Origin: Stegostoma tigrinum
Lineage: Eukaryota
Assembly: GCF_030684315.1 (NCBI RefSeq)
Contig: NC_081378.1
Span: 34,334,252 to 34,398,251, forward strand
Length of the DNA stretch: 64,000 nucleotides
Direction: 5' to 3'
Below are positions 22,704 through 37,109 of this stretch, in pieces. How positions within the stretch are numbered: the stretch's first letter is position 1; each line of letters begins with the position of its first letter. The notes under the pieces are model-generated. The model did not search any database. It worked only from the letters and a program-made list of their open reading frames with translations, and was not told the origin of the DNA. The translations under genes were made by a program, and so were the position numbers.

Positions 22704-25514
22704 CTAACCTTCCAGCTCAGCGAGCAAACTCACATCCAGAACCTCAACCTGAGCTACAAATCTTCTCAAAACTGGTTAATCTTTTTCCCTTTTATTAATT
22801 TCTTGGTCATTCTTTGCTTTTAATATTCTAATTTTCTGATCTGCCACTTGTCTTTGCACCATTATTTGTTTCTTTTTCTTTTAGTTTAATACTACCTTTA
22901 ATCTGTCCAGTCAACCTCCATCGGTGGGGGCATCTTTGGAATCCTTTTTACTTGTTAAAATTCTGTAAAACTTGTTAAAATACATCCATTCGGAGTAGTT
23001 TAAAATATCTTCCGATATGCCTGCCATTGCATTTCTATTGACCTGTTCTTCAGCCTAATTTGCCGATTCGTTTTAGCCAACTTTGCTTTCACTGTTGCAT
23101 CACCATTCTGAGACGAACATGCAAGTATCAATATGAATTTAGCATTTGACTTGTTCTGTTATTTCATTTCAACTCATTGTTGCTATTCTCCCCTGATTTC
23201 ATTGTTTCCTCATCCTCCTTCAAACTTCGGTTTCATTTACACTCCCATATCATGTTCATGGACACTCCCCTTACTAATCCATGGCGGCCTTGACCTTTAA
23301 AACACCCTTGACAGAATTTTTCCACTAGTCACTTGAACTGTACATTTAAATTCCCAAATGCCTAGCCTTGGACTTCCATCAGCCATGGTATTGCTGCAGC
23401 AAACAGAAACGAGGTGGGAATGGTGAGGGATAAAATATTCTCAGTCTAGGCTATAATAGGCACAGGGTAAAGGGAACCATCCAGAGCACTCTCTAAAAGG
23501 GTCTTTTCTTCCGTTGTTGAAACGCCAATCATCTATGTTTCATGCCTGAGGGTAGCAATGTAAATGAGTGTGGGTAATAATGTTGAAAATAAAAAATTGC
23601 AAACATAGAAGTTTTACCTGTATTCAGTTAATTCATAATTTGCTTGGTATATACTTATTTTCTCCTACTGGGAAATGTTCACTGGACTGGATCTCTTCTG
23701 GTCGTCAGTGAACAATAGACTGTGGGAACCTGCCAACATCCGTCAACCTTTCACTTTATCTGATAAGGACATTTATGAATGTTGGCTGCTCTTGCGGGAT
23801 TTCTGAAACCATTCAAATGAAGGACGGTACATCATGAACAAAATTATTTCCAGCCCAAAAAATAAAGATGATGATGCGAACGATTCATTCAACTCCAATG
23901 TTCATATGAGTTTTCTGTGTATTTCGATTGTGACTGCGCAGCAGTGAAAGAAGTATATTTTGTTTACAACAGTAGGGAGCTACTTTTCCCTGTGAAATTT
24001 AAATCAAAATGATATTGGAGCCTTGATGAAGCAGTGTGCAGAGGTAATAAGCTGTGACATGTTAAACTTCTGTATCAGGTTTCTAGAGCCATTTATATGC
24101 CAGTCAACATGTTAACAAAAGCCTCTTCTGCATTCTTGTATTTCATATTGAAATCTTTGCGCAATTTGCCTAATCTTCTTTTGTGTTGGTGCACAAAGCT
24201 TACGTGGACCCACCTGTATATGACCTTTTTCTGTCTGAGAGCTATTACTACAGTAGATATTAACAAAGGTACCCGTCTATTAAAGATCTTTAGGGAGGTA
24301 ATAGCTGGTTAAGAATGATTCAAGCTGCAGTTTTAAAAGCGTTGCTATGGTTTTGCTGTTATTTTATTGTGGTGAAAATGAAATCAAATTGAACCAAATA
24401 GCAAATCTTCTATCCTAATTGTACTGATGTATTTTTATAATTTTTATTCTTTCCACTTTGTTTGTTGTTTTTGCTCCTCCTTTTGTCTTCCCGTTAGTAT
24501 CCTGAACTCTCTAGAAATACTGATTGTTCAATCTTGTAACAGGCTTTTGCCGGCAAAATTGCCAGGACGAACCTTTTGATTTTCCTGTTGCCTTGTGGGA
24601 AATGCAGGGCAAAAAAGGCCTGATTCAAAATAAGTGGTAGAAAATAATGGACTCCTGCTACACGTATTGGTCTTGGTCGATACTTGAACAATTATTCAAC
24701 TTTATTCTTTGGAATTTAAAACAGATTATGCATTTACTTAATTAAATGTATTCCATACCCTGTGAAAATAGTGCTGATTGTAGTAAAGGAAACCTTTTCA
24801 AAGGTTTGAGACAGATCTGCATGACCTATCTTCACTTCATTTTCTAGAATGTAAATTACAAGTTTCTAATTTGTTCACGTCCTGATTTGTTATTCCACTT
24901 CAGCTCTGTTGTGAGATTTATGCCCACTTTGGTACACTTTATTGTTTATGGGATATTGTTTAAGCAACACTTATAATGCAAGGCTCCCAGAAACAGGTTA
25001 AGAAGTGCTCCTTTGGCTACTTTCCATTATTTGTAAAAGATGGCTTAAATAGGTCATTATCATTCTACACTCTGACAAACAAGCAGAAGACCATATCTCT
25101 GTCTCCTCCCCCCTGCCCCCAGTGTTCTGGATAGTGACTAGATTAAGATCAATTAGTTAAGTGGATATGATCCAAGGTGACAATGGACACGTTGCATCAG
25201 TCACATGAAAAAAGTCCTGTAATTGACGTGTTCCTTCCTGATTGTTTGCATCTAAATTAATTCCATCTTGGATTCTGTGGATCCTGTAAGTTATCTGAGC
25301 CTCGTATCTTTTGTAGAGGTGACTCACACTGCCTTATATTTACTCAGACAACTTAGAAAAAAAGTTGTAACTTGGAGATGCGCCAATACTGCCCTGTGAT
25401 CTGAAAATGATACCTGGTTTGCTTTGCATATGTACTGCTCAGTCTCTCCCAATGCAGCACGAGCAAAAATACTGTGAGGCAAGGCCTGATACAAATGATA
25501 AATCTACAAAGAAA

Positions 25515-27840
25515 TCATAAGACATTTGAGCAGTTGGCCATTGAGTCTGTTCTGCCCTTCAATGAGCTCATGCCTGATCTGATAATCCTCAACACCACTA
25601 ACCTGCCTTTTCCCTTTAACCCTTGATTCCCTTACTGTTTAAAAATCTGTCCATCTTGACCTTGAATATACTTAACAATGCTTCCTCAACAGCTGTCTGC
25701 AGTAAAGGATTTCATAGATTTCGTCCCCTGTGAGAGAAGAAATTCCCTCTCATTTTTGAATAACTGGGTGACTCCTTACTTGAGATTGTGCCTGTAGTCC
25801 CAAACTCTCCCACAATGGAAACCTGAGCATCTAACCTGTCAAGCTCAGAGCGATCTTAAATTTCAATATGATCTCTCATTGTTCTAAATTCCAGTGAACA
25901 CTGACCCAACCTACTCGACCTCTCTTCATAAGAAGATCCCCTGATACCCAGGATCAACCTAGTAACCTTTTCCAGTTTATCTTTCCTTAGATGCTGTTTA
26001 AAAGTACAAAGTGTACAGTTCAAAACTGTTCACAGCATTCGAGATGTGGTCTTTCTAGTCCCTTGTATAGTTTTAGTAGGAGTTCCCTATTTTTATATTT
26101 AATTCCATTTTAAATAGAAGGCAACGTATTATTTGCCTTCCCTATTACGTGTTGAACTTGCATGCTAGCCTTTTCTGATTTATGTCTGAGGTCTCCCAAA
26201 TCCCTCTGTGCTGCAGCCTCTTCCATTTAAATTATATTCAGCTACTTTATTCCTCCTGCCAAAGTGTATAATAACATTTTCCACTATTATATTACATCTG
26301 CCAAATTTTGCCCACTCACTTAACATGTCTCTATCTCTCTATAGACTCTGTATCAACCTTATCATTTGCCTTCTCATCTGTTTTTATGTGTCATTTGCGA
26401 ATTTGTCTATAATGTGTTGACTTCCCTTATCCACCCATGGATATATATTGCAAATAATTGTGGCTCCAGCACTGATCCTTGTGGTACTTGCTAAGTTATG
26501 GGTTGCCATTCTGAAAATGTCTTCTTTAGTCCAACGTTGTCTTCAAAAAGTTAGACAATCCTCTATCCATGCAAGTATACTATCCTCAAACACCCTGGAG
26601 CTCTTATTCAGCTGCCAAACATGTATTACTTTATCAAACACCTTTTGGAAGTGAATTACATCTACTGTTTCTATCTTCCTCAAAGAATTCTAATGAATTT
26701 ATCAAGCATGATTTCCACTTCATGAAGTTGTGCAGACTCTGATATTATCTTCCATTAGTACTCACACAAAGTGTTTATTCAATTCTCTGGTTCCCCATTA
26801 AGGCTCCAGCCTCCACCTGTAAGGAGCTGTTCACTTTGGTCTCCATCTTCCTTTTTACCTATTTAAAGAAGCTGTTGCTGTCAATTTTGATATCGTTTGT
26901 TCATTTATCCTCAAATGTTTATTCTCTTACTCTTTAACATTTTTTGTTATCTTTTAAAATTTTTCACACTTCCAGATTAGCACTACTTGTTACCACATCA
27001 TATTTTCTTTATCAATTTGATGCAATTCCTTAACTTTCTTGGTTACCTATGGTTGCTTTATTTTGTTTTTCCTTTGGATATCTTTGTTGTGAGTCATGAG
27101 CTTTTTTCTTAAATCTCTGACATTGTTCCTTAACTGTCTGTTCTGCTAAAGTCCTTTCCCAGTGTTGTCTGAACCCTTTAGGACCTGTCAGATTCTTCAA
27201 CTAATAGGTTATAGATGAATTTGCTCAGGTATCCCACAATATCAGCATTGTCAAATTACTACAGACACAAGTTGGTACTGATGCAAATTGTCGCAACTTT
27301 ATTAAGGAACAAGTAACAATAAGACTTTAATATTAACAATACCAGTCCTAATCCCACCCAGCCTCCTTTGTCATTACAATATTTCCCAGAGTCACTTGTA
27401 AATTTAGTCAAGTTCAGTCAATCTGTGCCTTTGCTACACGGGTCAATACTTTATGTCCAGAAAGTCCAGTTGATCCATCTGTAGGTATGCTCTGTTTTTC
27501 ATACATTTTGGTATGGTTTGCACTGTGTCTAGTTTCTGGGTTTTCAAATTTCAGAGCTTTACTAGGCCAATGTGTCCCATACCCAGCATCCCATGCTGTT
27601 TGGCCAAGTCAGCAATCTACTTGTGTTTTAGCACTCATGAAATGCTACACCAGTCTGCTTCCTAATCCCCAATTCATTACCCTTACTTAGGTTTGGCACA
27701 GTTGTTTCAACCCAGGTTTCTTGCTCTCAAACTTAATGCTAAATTATCTTGTTCCCAGGAGGTTTGTTTTAACCATGAAATCATTTATTAAAATGCCTGA
27801 TCCCTGGTGGGATCCACAACACATTGTTCCAGGACACTGC
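25515..27840 (-). mobile_element. Degraded CR1 LINE, interrupted by a solo LTR
   Basis: 3' end cataagacatttgagcag..ggccatt and reverse-complement RT motifs; the sequence resumes after the LTR at 27650. Confidence 0.75.
27163..27649 (-). mobile_element. Solo LTR (487 bp) with 4-bp TSD
   Basis: TGT...ACA termini flanked by ccag (27159-62) and ccag (27650-53); AATAAA on - near 27300. Confidence 0.65.
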
Positions 27841-29169
27841 TTCACAATAAAGTGAGTACACAAAAAGACAGTTCTGAATGGACTCCTAATTCAAACATTG
27901 CATGATTGCAGAAGAATAAGATGTAAAGTAAAGTAAAGATGTGTCACACCACCATGGTGGTTCAATTTACTAAATGTTATTCAGTCACTCTTTAATGCTA
28001 AAGGAACAATTTTAATATTGTTGACTTGGTCACCACAGCCCTGCTGTTTGATAAAATCAATCCCATTCCTCAACCAGCATATTTTTCAGTGGCCACTGAA
28101 ACTTGTTTGACAGTTTCAGAATCAGAAATAAGGTTAGAGTGTGTGCGCATTTACAATATTGCCTGAGCTTTGGAAAATACATAAGATTTGCAGGAAGCTG
28201 ACCAAGGAGCAAATAATTTAGTTGTGATGTGAAGTAGTGCAAAAACATTTTAAAAATTGCTTTCATTGGGGAAAGTAGGTTTGGGTGGGAAAATGGTTCA
28301 GGTTTTCAATTTGCAGGTTGTTGGCAGTGTTTTGGAGTTATTTTTGAATTGCCTTTGACACGAGAGAAAAGATGTCAGTGTGACAGACAAATACTGTATT
28401 TACAGGTAAGCAAAGAAGTAAATCATAATTTTAAAATTACTTCATTTTATTATAATTGGTTACTTAAAATGTAAGAAAATGCACTTCATATGGTAAGATT
28501 TTAAACTGCAGAAATTGCTGTGCAGATTTTCAGAACATTAATGCTGGCAGTGTAAATGTAGAGAGCCAAACAAATTTGTAGTTCTTCATTAGACCTCAGT
28601 TGGAGTATTGTGCTTTAAGTACTTCAGTTTTAAGAAGGATATAAAATGATGGAAAAGCTAGGTTTGGGATGAGTCCACTGTTATGGGTACAATTATTCAG
28701 AGACCTGAGGAATCCGAAATTTTCTTTTACTAGATCAGCACTCCCTCTAAATCTAACAGGCCCAGCAATGAGAAATGAAAATTAAATCTGACAGAACGAA
28801 AGATTAATAACAAGGCAGAAAAGGAAAGTAAGACTGAGTTATTTCAAAGTGCCCTTCTCACCAAGGATTCCATCATTTGACACACAGACAGGAATACTGT
28901 ACATGAATCAATAATTTTCATCAGTGGTTGGGTATTTTCCACCTCATGACCTATGACACTCAGTAAATAAGTTCACAAGAGGTAACTGGCATGGGATTGA
29001 TGTTCCACGTACGTACAAAAGTGGGTTTTGCAAGGCACCTGCAGTCAATTTGACCCTTGTGTGGAAGTGTTCCAGTTAGATTTCCACCTCTTTGTATCAG
29101 AAGCACCAAATCTTTTCTTTTTCTCAAATTTAAAACAAAAATAATTGAGTGCGCCTTGAGTGAAGATGT

Positions 29170-29770
29170 GTGTGGATCATCCATGGCTGTGTTGGATCTC
29201 CCCCTCCTATTACTATTCTTGCTTTCAGCTGGCTGGGTGTTCATCAACAGTCCCAATGGATTCCGCAGGTCGCACACCAATGGATCCATCAAAGCTGTTG
29301 AAACACTTACCCAAATCTACAAACCCCAGCGTTGAATTCATTCAATCATTTACAACTTCCCTTCCCCGCCTGCCTCTACTAACCTGTACTTATTCCAGTC
29401 ACCAAACATATTTGTACTCACTAATCTTCACTGGCTCCTCGTGCTGAGCAAGTCATTTAAAAATCCTTGACCTCATCTGCAAATTTCTCTAAAGACCTCA
29501 ACTCCATCCCATCTTTGAACCATTCTCCAGTCTAATATCCTCGCTTTGCACCCCCTTCACTGTCCAGTTGTGCATTTTTCTTCTCTCCTTCTATTCCATC
29601 ACTGTTACCAGAGATTGCAGTCCCTTAGCTATTGCACTCAAGAATTCTCTTCATACCCTTCCACCTGGCTAAATGCTTTTCTTTCAAAAATCTACTTAAA
29701 AGCTATCGTCACATGTCTAATATTCTTTTGTTCAATGAGTCTGGCTCTCATTTATGAAATTCCACAGCAC
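29170..29770 (+). mobile_element. Old L2/CR1-clade LINE 3' fragment
   Basis: ct.act..tcttcactggctcc...tttaaaaatcctt...ctcatc..caaa resembles the L2 C-terminal LxxLHWLP...FKIL motif. Confidence 0.5.
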
Positions 29771-32700
29771 TAAATGTGAAGTAGTGTAGACATAGCTGGT
29801 GTCATGAACAGACTACATTTTAAAACCAATAAAATCATCACAGCGCTAAACTGTCATCATTAGACACATCACCATAGAGGTTGACTAATTCCAAAAGACC
29901 TAATTTGTCCCAAGGATTGTTACCACCTTGACATTGCTTCAGCAATGAATCCGACTTTGGTAACTCATCAAATAGGAGATTGTGGGGACAAGCTCAAATT
30001 TTTACCAATACGTAGCTTCGACTAGTACCAAAAAAAAAGCAACTGCATATGCTATCTGTGCATTAAAGTATCAAGTGACAACACAACATACTTAACACCT
30101 TTCAACACACTGGAATCTCCCCAGGCACTTTAAAGGAGCCTTTTACAAAACAAAATATGACACCAAGCCACAAAAGGCAATACTGGGTCAGGGCTTGGTC
30201 AAAGACATAGGCTGTAAGGGATGTCTTAAAGGAGGAAAGTGAGGTGGAAAGGAACGGGGAGGGTATTCTGGAGTTTGGCATTGGAACATGCTAAAGTTAT
30301 TTTTACAAATTAAACTTTGCAGGGATATCAAATTCCTTTTAGCAATTGCCATAGGTAAAATTGATTTAGAATAGATTTTTTTTGCATATACTATGGATAA
30401 AGTTTTGTTGATTTTTAACTGAATTTACCGAATCATTCAACAAAGCAAAGGATTATTCCAATCTGAAATTGTTACTGAAGTTTCAGAGATTTAAAATATG
30501 ACTTGTACTGCTTTTTGGCAATCTTTCAGCCAACAAACGGCAAGTTGAGAGTTAAGGCATGTAAACAGTCTGCAATTGTTGAAGAGCCTTAAGAAATATG
30601 CAGAATGGAGACTGACAGACACAACGGTACAGCAATATTGAATATTGTTTGGCAGCAAAAGCAGTGACCGAGCAGCTGAACTTAACCAAATACTTAAGAA
30701 CAGTGCTATCCCTAACAGTCTGAAAGAATAGCAGCAATAACAAAAAGGGAAGAAAGGATCATTTACATATAATTTTAATTGGAAATACTGTTCAGTTTTC
30801 AGCATTTTTTAAAAGGAAACTTTTTTGCCCATTCATTTTGGTTTGATCAATATAAAACTTCACAATTTGACTTGAACTAATTTATCCTGTTAGAATTCAA
30901 GATTCAAAGTAAGCATTGTGTGTTTGTTCAGTTTCTTGATAAATCAGTTCAACAATCTTTATTCATGTGTCCTGCAGGAATCCTGCATTTCAGTTTGGAA
31001 CTTCTTTACCAGTGCTAAATGACCAGTTCTGATGAAATTATAAAATGTTGTTTTATCTTCCAGATATCTCAAGATAATAAGATGAACAAAAAATCCTTAC
31101 TACAGCTTATTTTAATAGCAATGGATTAAATAAATATGTTCTGTGCAGAAAAAGCAATGCCTTAGAGCAGGTTTGGAAAGACAGGATTTGTCACGCAAAT
31201 CATTTAAATATGGTTTGTTCATCATTTTATTTTTTTTCTGCGTCACATAGGAGGGAGACAGCAAAAATCACTAGCTTTGGTGATTACAACTAAAGATTTA
31301 GGGAAATGACATTTCACATTCATTTTGCTACAATGCTGTTTTTCTGAAAGGAAATAAAGCACTGTGCAAATGTTACTGAGTATTTAAATTATTGAATGAC
31401 TTCATAGGTAAGATCATTTAGCAAACACGAGATTTCTATGGTGCTGACTACTTGTAAATAGCAATATGTAGCTAGCTTTCTTTGAAAATACTCTGAATTC
31501 AACCTATAAACTGTTTGGCCATTGGAAAACAGAAAAGAGAAATAAGTTCACTGATACAATGTAATAATATCATATTTGCTGGCACATATCTGACTGTGCT
31601 CACTGGTCTCTTAACATCCTATTCAATTATTTTTAATAGCTACTTAATTTTACACAAATCTGAAATGTACAACTCCACATATACAAAACTAATTTTCTCC
31701 AGGTGGAATTGCGTGCGGGTCCGAGTGACATAGGCTACTGCCAAATTTGAGGCATAATCTGGTGAGCAGTCCACTGAGACCAATCTCAATGTCAAGAGCA
31801 TCTTGATGCATCTTTTATGCTTTTCTCAAGTGGTGTGGCAAGTTTCTTGTCAGGTAGCAACAAGACTCCTGATTAAAGAGGATTATTGCTTGTTAAATTC
31901 CTGGAAGACAGCCCAAATCACCTTATTAATATTCATATTTCTCCCTTTGAAAGTCAGAATCCAGAGCGGGCCAACTCAGCTTGTTGATGTGCACTGGCCA
32001 TACACCATGCCCTTGGACACTGGCATCTGGTGTCCCAATTTTTAATAACCCTGATGGCACATCACCCAACCACATACAGGATATTTCTCTTCCAATACTG
32101 GACCAGGCTGTAACTCTAGGCTCTTTACTTGCTTGCATACACCCTGGTGTACAGGTGGGGACCATACTCAGTTTGAGCCTCCCTGGATGCTCTCTGCATC
32201 CCTTCCCATGAATGTCTTGCCTTGCTGTTTAGCACAAGAATAAAAGTAGGAAGCTCATCAGGGTTAGTTGTGTCGAGCGTTGAGCTGTGTGACAAGTGCG
32301 GGAAGATGTTGCATGCATTAATGAGAATGATACAACATGATCCTTGGTTTGCAGGTATAATAGCAGAGTTCAAGTGAGTTTGAAGTACTGGAGAGAAGAT
32401 AGTGGAACATATGCTGGCGGAGTGGAGAAGGTCATTGACCTTTCTGCATTCCTCCAGGTGACAGTATCAGACGAGGCTGGCATGGCATGGTGTCACTGCT
32501 GGACCACCACTTCCACACCCACTCTGCAGGGTTTTGGGTACCACCACCTTGTCTGCCATGTCCAGAACAGACATCCAGATCTATGCAGGGCGTGTTTTGG
32601 ACTTACAGTGCTTGTCTCAGTGCAAGCTGGCCTTTTAGATAATGACATAGTCATAGGGGATGCCACTGAATTCTGGGATCTCTGCTGAGTAGCAAGTTGT

Positions 32701-34647
32701 TATGGGAATGGCCTGTGGCAAGATAGGCTGGGAATTGGATATGAGGGATGCTGTAGGAGCACTTGGCTAGATAGTTTGAGGTAAATTTAATGAGATTAGG
32801 CAAGGAGACCTGCTTGACATCATGGCAGAAATGCATCCAAAAAATCAACACAACTTTGGACTGAATTTTACTACTTTTGGCTATGTTTCATAATGGAAAT
32901 TAACAAGCAACTTTATTACTGAAATAATAATCCATGTTCCCACTATATAAATAATAAATGTTTTGTGGTAATAACGGAATTTTCATAACAATCATAAAAC
33001 TGCAATTCTATTTAGAAACAATGCATCCAAAGACAACTTTGCAGAATACGTACATACTTCAACTAGTTTGTTTAAAATCGGCAGGCTATGAAGTGTCAAC
33101 AAAATAACAATGTCATGAGACCCTACAGTGATGGTGGCTGAGGGTGAAAAGAGGCTGATTGAAGAGATTGATCTTGCTTGTTTTGGCTCCAAATGCAATT
33201 AATTTTACCAATTTTTCTAGAAAGGGTTGCTGCTATTCAAATCCTGAGGAGCCCTGGCTAAGTAAGGCACTGAATATCAGCCAGATATCCACTTCCACAG
33301 AGAGGTTCAAAGGAGGTAAGCCTCATGTGTGAGAAGTTTTATTTTAAGTTTAGAATTCCATTTTTGTGGACAACAGAGAACCTTTTTGAATTTGTAGTAA
33401 CTGGTGATATTTGAAGACACTATCTCCACGAAAGTATAAATTGTTTTAGGCCATTACTGTTATCATTTAAAATTAGCTTTGTGTAGTTTTAATCTTCTGA
33501 AAGATTATGGTGGAGGTAGGATGCAATGGTGTTTAAGGTTAAAGAGGTGGACTGTAATTCAGTTAAGAAACAGAAAGAGTTGCGGAGGGGAAAGGAATGG
33601 ATTGGGGATTAGAAAAGGTTACTCGCCTTGCAAATGAGCTCAGCAACTTTTCCATAACCTATAGAGTTTGGGTTGTCCCATGAGGCTCAATTCCTCTGAA
33701 GTACAAACTCTGTGTATAAAATTTACTAAATTTTAATCCTTGACACAGAGACAATTGGGGGGAATTGTAACTTAGCCTACCACACAACCCATCCATTCTT
33801 GCAAGTAGTTTAAATTAATTATGTTAGACTAAAAACATCCAGATGTCAACGCAGTCACTTTTGCGTTTATCAAAGATGTGTTTGGGTACTTGTGAACACA
33901 CCATTCACCAAAGTCACAGCATTATTTGGTGCAGTGGATTGGAATTTATTGCAGCAATTAATAGCCATGGACATTTACTTGCCTTTAAATTGATTTTCTG
34001 GATTTGGGAACCTCAGTCAGGACAGCAGCTCAGTGCATTTCATACCAGTACATGCCTTCCTGTATTACAACTGCCAGTATTTTAATGCACCTGCTGGCAG
34101 GAAACACAGTAAGGAAAAAATAAATGAATGATTGGGGTAATTAGCTGCGAGCTCATCTCGCTGCCAGTATTAATCAACTTTATAGAGTACCAGACAAAGG
34201 CGAGCAATTGCTTACAGCCATGAATCAAGTAGACACCACGTAATTTAATCCAAGGAAGGACTGAATAGGTATTTGCCTGCAGTGAAAAGGAAAAGGCATT
34301 TCCCCAAAAGGAGACACTTAGTTGAGACATACCGTAAATGAGAGAGGAACCAAATGGAGGCCTATAAACAGTAGGTTTGAATGGTGTACCACCTCTTCAG
34401 TATAGAAACAGACTATCTTGTGTGGAAGAAGGGTGATTTCTGAGGGACTGAAATGTAAAGTCTAAGCTCATGTCCCTTCTGGCAATTAGTTTAGATGATG
34501 CATTAAGACCAGTACAGCATCCCCACTCTTAGGTGTGAAAATGTTTTACAGTGGGACTAGAAGAGAATTCCCTGTGACAAAAATTAAAATGTGGAGGAGA
34601 ATAACTAGTAAATAAAAACATTGATTTAAACTGCTCTTAATAAATAA

Positions 34648-34945
34648 TCACAGAACCCGTACAATGTGGAAACAGGACCTTTGGCCCAACAAGTCCACAC
34701 TGACCCTTGCAGCATCCCACACAGAGACATCCTCCCATAGCCCATGTAGCCACACATCTCTGAACACTGTGGACAATTTAGCATGGCCAATCCACCTAAC
34801 CTGCACGTCTTTGGACTGTGAGGGAAAACCCATGCAGACATGGAGAGAATGTGCAAACTCCACACAGACAGTCGCCCAAGGGTGGAATCGAACCTGGGTC
34901 CCTGGTGCTGAAGCAGCAGTGTTAACCACTGACCCTCCATGTCGC
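34648..34945 (-). mobile_element. tRNA-derived SINE (HE1-like)
   Basis: Paralog of 11046-11390; B box ggttcgattcc on -. Confidence 0.85.
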
Positions 34946-35484
34946 CAAGTTTAGCTTAATATTAGTCCTAGATATAAAGTACTGCTCCAAAATAATGGTA
35001 TCTGATATAAGAATATGTTTACGAATTACTCTCCACTAAATGATACTTTGCTGAACATTAATTATTTGATAAAACCTTGAATACAAACATTAACTATAGA
35101 AATGTCCATAGTCAAGTCTGTTGCTGCTAATTGCCAGCAGAGCCCATCTCTTAACAGATTTGATAAAATTAAAGAATGTAGCAGGCTCTTCATCTAACAT
35201 ATTCAATATGAAATTTGCAGAAGTATCATAATTATGAATACTAACTTTACCGCTCTCTCATCAGTCAGGGCTGCCTCAAACAAAAGGCTACTTTAACCCA
35301 GCTCTTACTTTGCTATTCTAGTACTTACACAGAATTGATCCTTCTGTTTTTCTCCTATCCTTTAAGAAATAATTATCATTAAAAATTGTAATTTTCATTA
35401 TTACATTTTAGAATGTTTTATTTGCTAAGTAATATCTATTTCTTGAGACAGTATCAATGACTGAATGAGATGCCTGACCAAGAG

Positions 35485-35690
35485 TCAAGTCACTATAGCC
35501 TTACCAGGCCATAGAGCCGCGCTGTCATTACAGAGTGACAACTAGTTGTATTTTAACCCGACAGCCACCATACCTCAGGTGAGGGGTCAGGCTGAGGAGA
35601 AATCATTCATGGTAACTTCAGCTACGATGGGAATTGAACCCATGCTGTTGGTATCACGCTGCCTCACAAACCAATTAAGCTAAACTGACT
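35485..35690 (-). mobile_element. tRNA-derived SINE (same family as 14180-14397)
   Basis: Direct similarity: gtcac.atagcc.tacca...tttaacc...catggtaac...gggaattgaaccc. Confidence 0.75.
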
Positions 35691-37109
35691 CCTGGACACT
35701 TGACGAGGAACTAAACTTCAAATCATCCAAACATCACCTGCCTTTGTCTTCACCTCCTCTCCAGTTCCATGTTAAACTTCATCCGTGACTCCAAATACTC
35801 CCTTGGCTGACTTTTTGAACTCTGCTACATTCAGAATTGTTCTGCTTACTCTCTATTCTGTGAAGAGTTCTGTTCATTAAACACTCACTGATACATCATC
35901 CTTCTGCACTAATCTCTTCGTGACCTTGGCCATACCCTACCAGCCCTCTGTCACAATCTGTATCCTCCATCTCTTTCAATTCAAATTATTGCATAACAAT
36001 TATCTTTTATTTTCACAACCACCCATATCTCTATCTTAATCTCTTTCCAAACCCCCCAATCTGCTTTTCTTTGATTTTCTCCATCTTCAAAACTCCCCTC
36101 AAAATGCTTTCCTTTTTGTATTATTAATAATATGAGAAGAATGTGCAGTGCTGTAAGCTGGTGTTAGTTGAAAACTACATGATAATGTACAGTGTGACCT
36201 TTACTGTGGTAACTGAATTATATGTTTAGACTGGGAGCACTGTCCCTACTTTGTAGCTTGCTTTACTGTAATGCATTCCTTGGGTCATTTGATCACAATG
36301 ACATCAGGCTCAACTTTTCATATACAATTTGCTTCTCACGTTAATTACAGTTTTTTAAAAAAAAAACATGCCTGAACAGGAACAACAACGATCCCATTTT
36401 TAAAAAGGTAAGCCAGGACATATTTATTTTTTAAATTACATAACAGGGCAGTCAGCATTACATAAACTGGCTAATATTTTGAGAGGTACTCCTTCTGAAC
36501 ATGTGATACAATGTGCCCTGATGCCTAAAACAAATAGGTATAGTACCATAACTTTCTCTGTTTAATATATTAAACCCCCACCATCATTTGTTGGCATCTG
36601 CTACCCTTTCCAGTATAAAAGGCATAAGGCCTAAGGTATTCTGATGTCTGATCATTTCCTGTATGGATGAAAGATCCTTTGTCTGTGTCAGATGTTTGGT
36701 TGTGCCCATTCTTTTTTAATCACTTTAATGCCATAATTTGAAAAATCCCACTCTACAGGTTAATCATTTATTCTGAAACACAGTCATCATTAAATGTTTA
36801 TTAATAAAATCAGTCATGGGTCCATAGCTTTTAGAATTAAAATATATTTTTCTATTTGGAAACAAAATACAAAAATGATGGATGAAATACTCAGTAAAAT
36901 ACAGATCATCATCTGATCATTTATGGTATGTTTTGCTAACTGGGATTTAAATTGACCACCGTAAATTGGTTGCAGTGATCTCTGCTTCTGAAACTTCTCG
37001 AGATTCCCTGGACTGAGACCCAAGTACAAAGACTGAAAATTAACTCTATAGCATTAAAACATACAGGAACCAAAATCACAGAAGACAGTCATAAACTTCT
37101 CTGTAAACA

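Larger units (their letters stand above)
21933..22776. mobile_element. Truncated Penelope-like element with inverted pseudo-LTR arms, GIY-YIG endonuclease remnant and 14-bp TSD
   Basis: Arms about 21932-22185 and 22509-22739 are inverted copies. Minus strand encodes NIIYKLPCKNCDKHYIGQTGRKLATRIHE...EFLQAWHS (GIY-YIG). TSD taatctttttccct at 21919-21932 and 22777-22790. Confidence 0.88.
21490..23100 (-). mobile_element. Old CR1-like fragments interrupted by the Penelope insertion
   Basis: CR1-type 3' end (gagtaggccatt..ccctcaagcc) at 21500; pyrimidine-rich CR1-antisense-like sequence continues across the Penelope TSD. Confidence 0.45.

Noticed and set aside
23865-23950. ATGATGA as a possible snoRNA C box
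   Set aside because: No suitably placed CTGA D box or terminal stem, and not within a known host intron.
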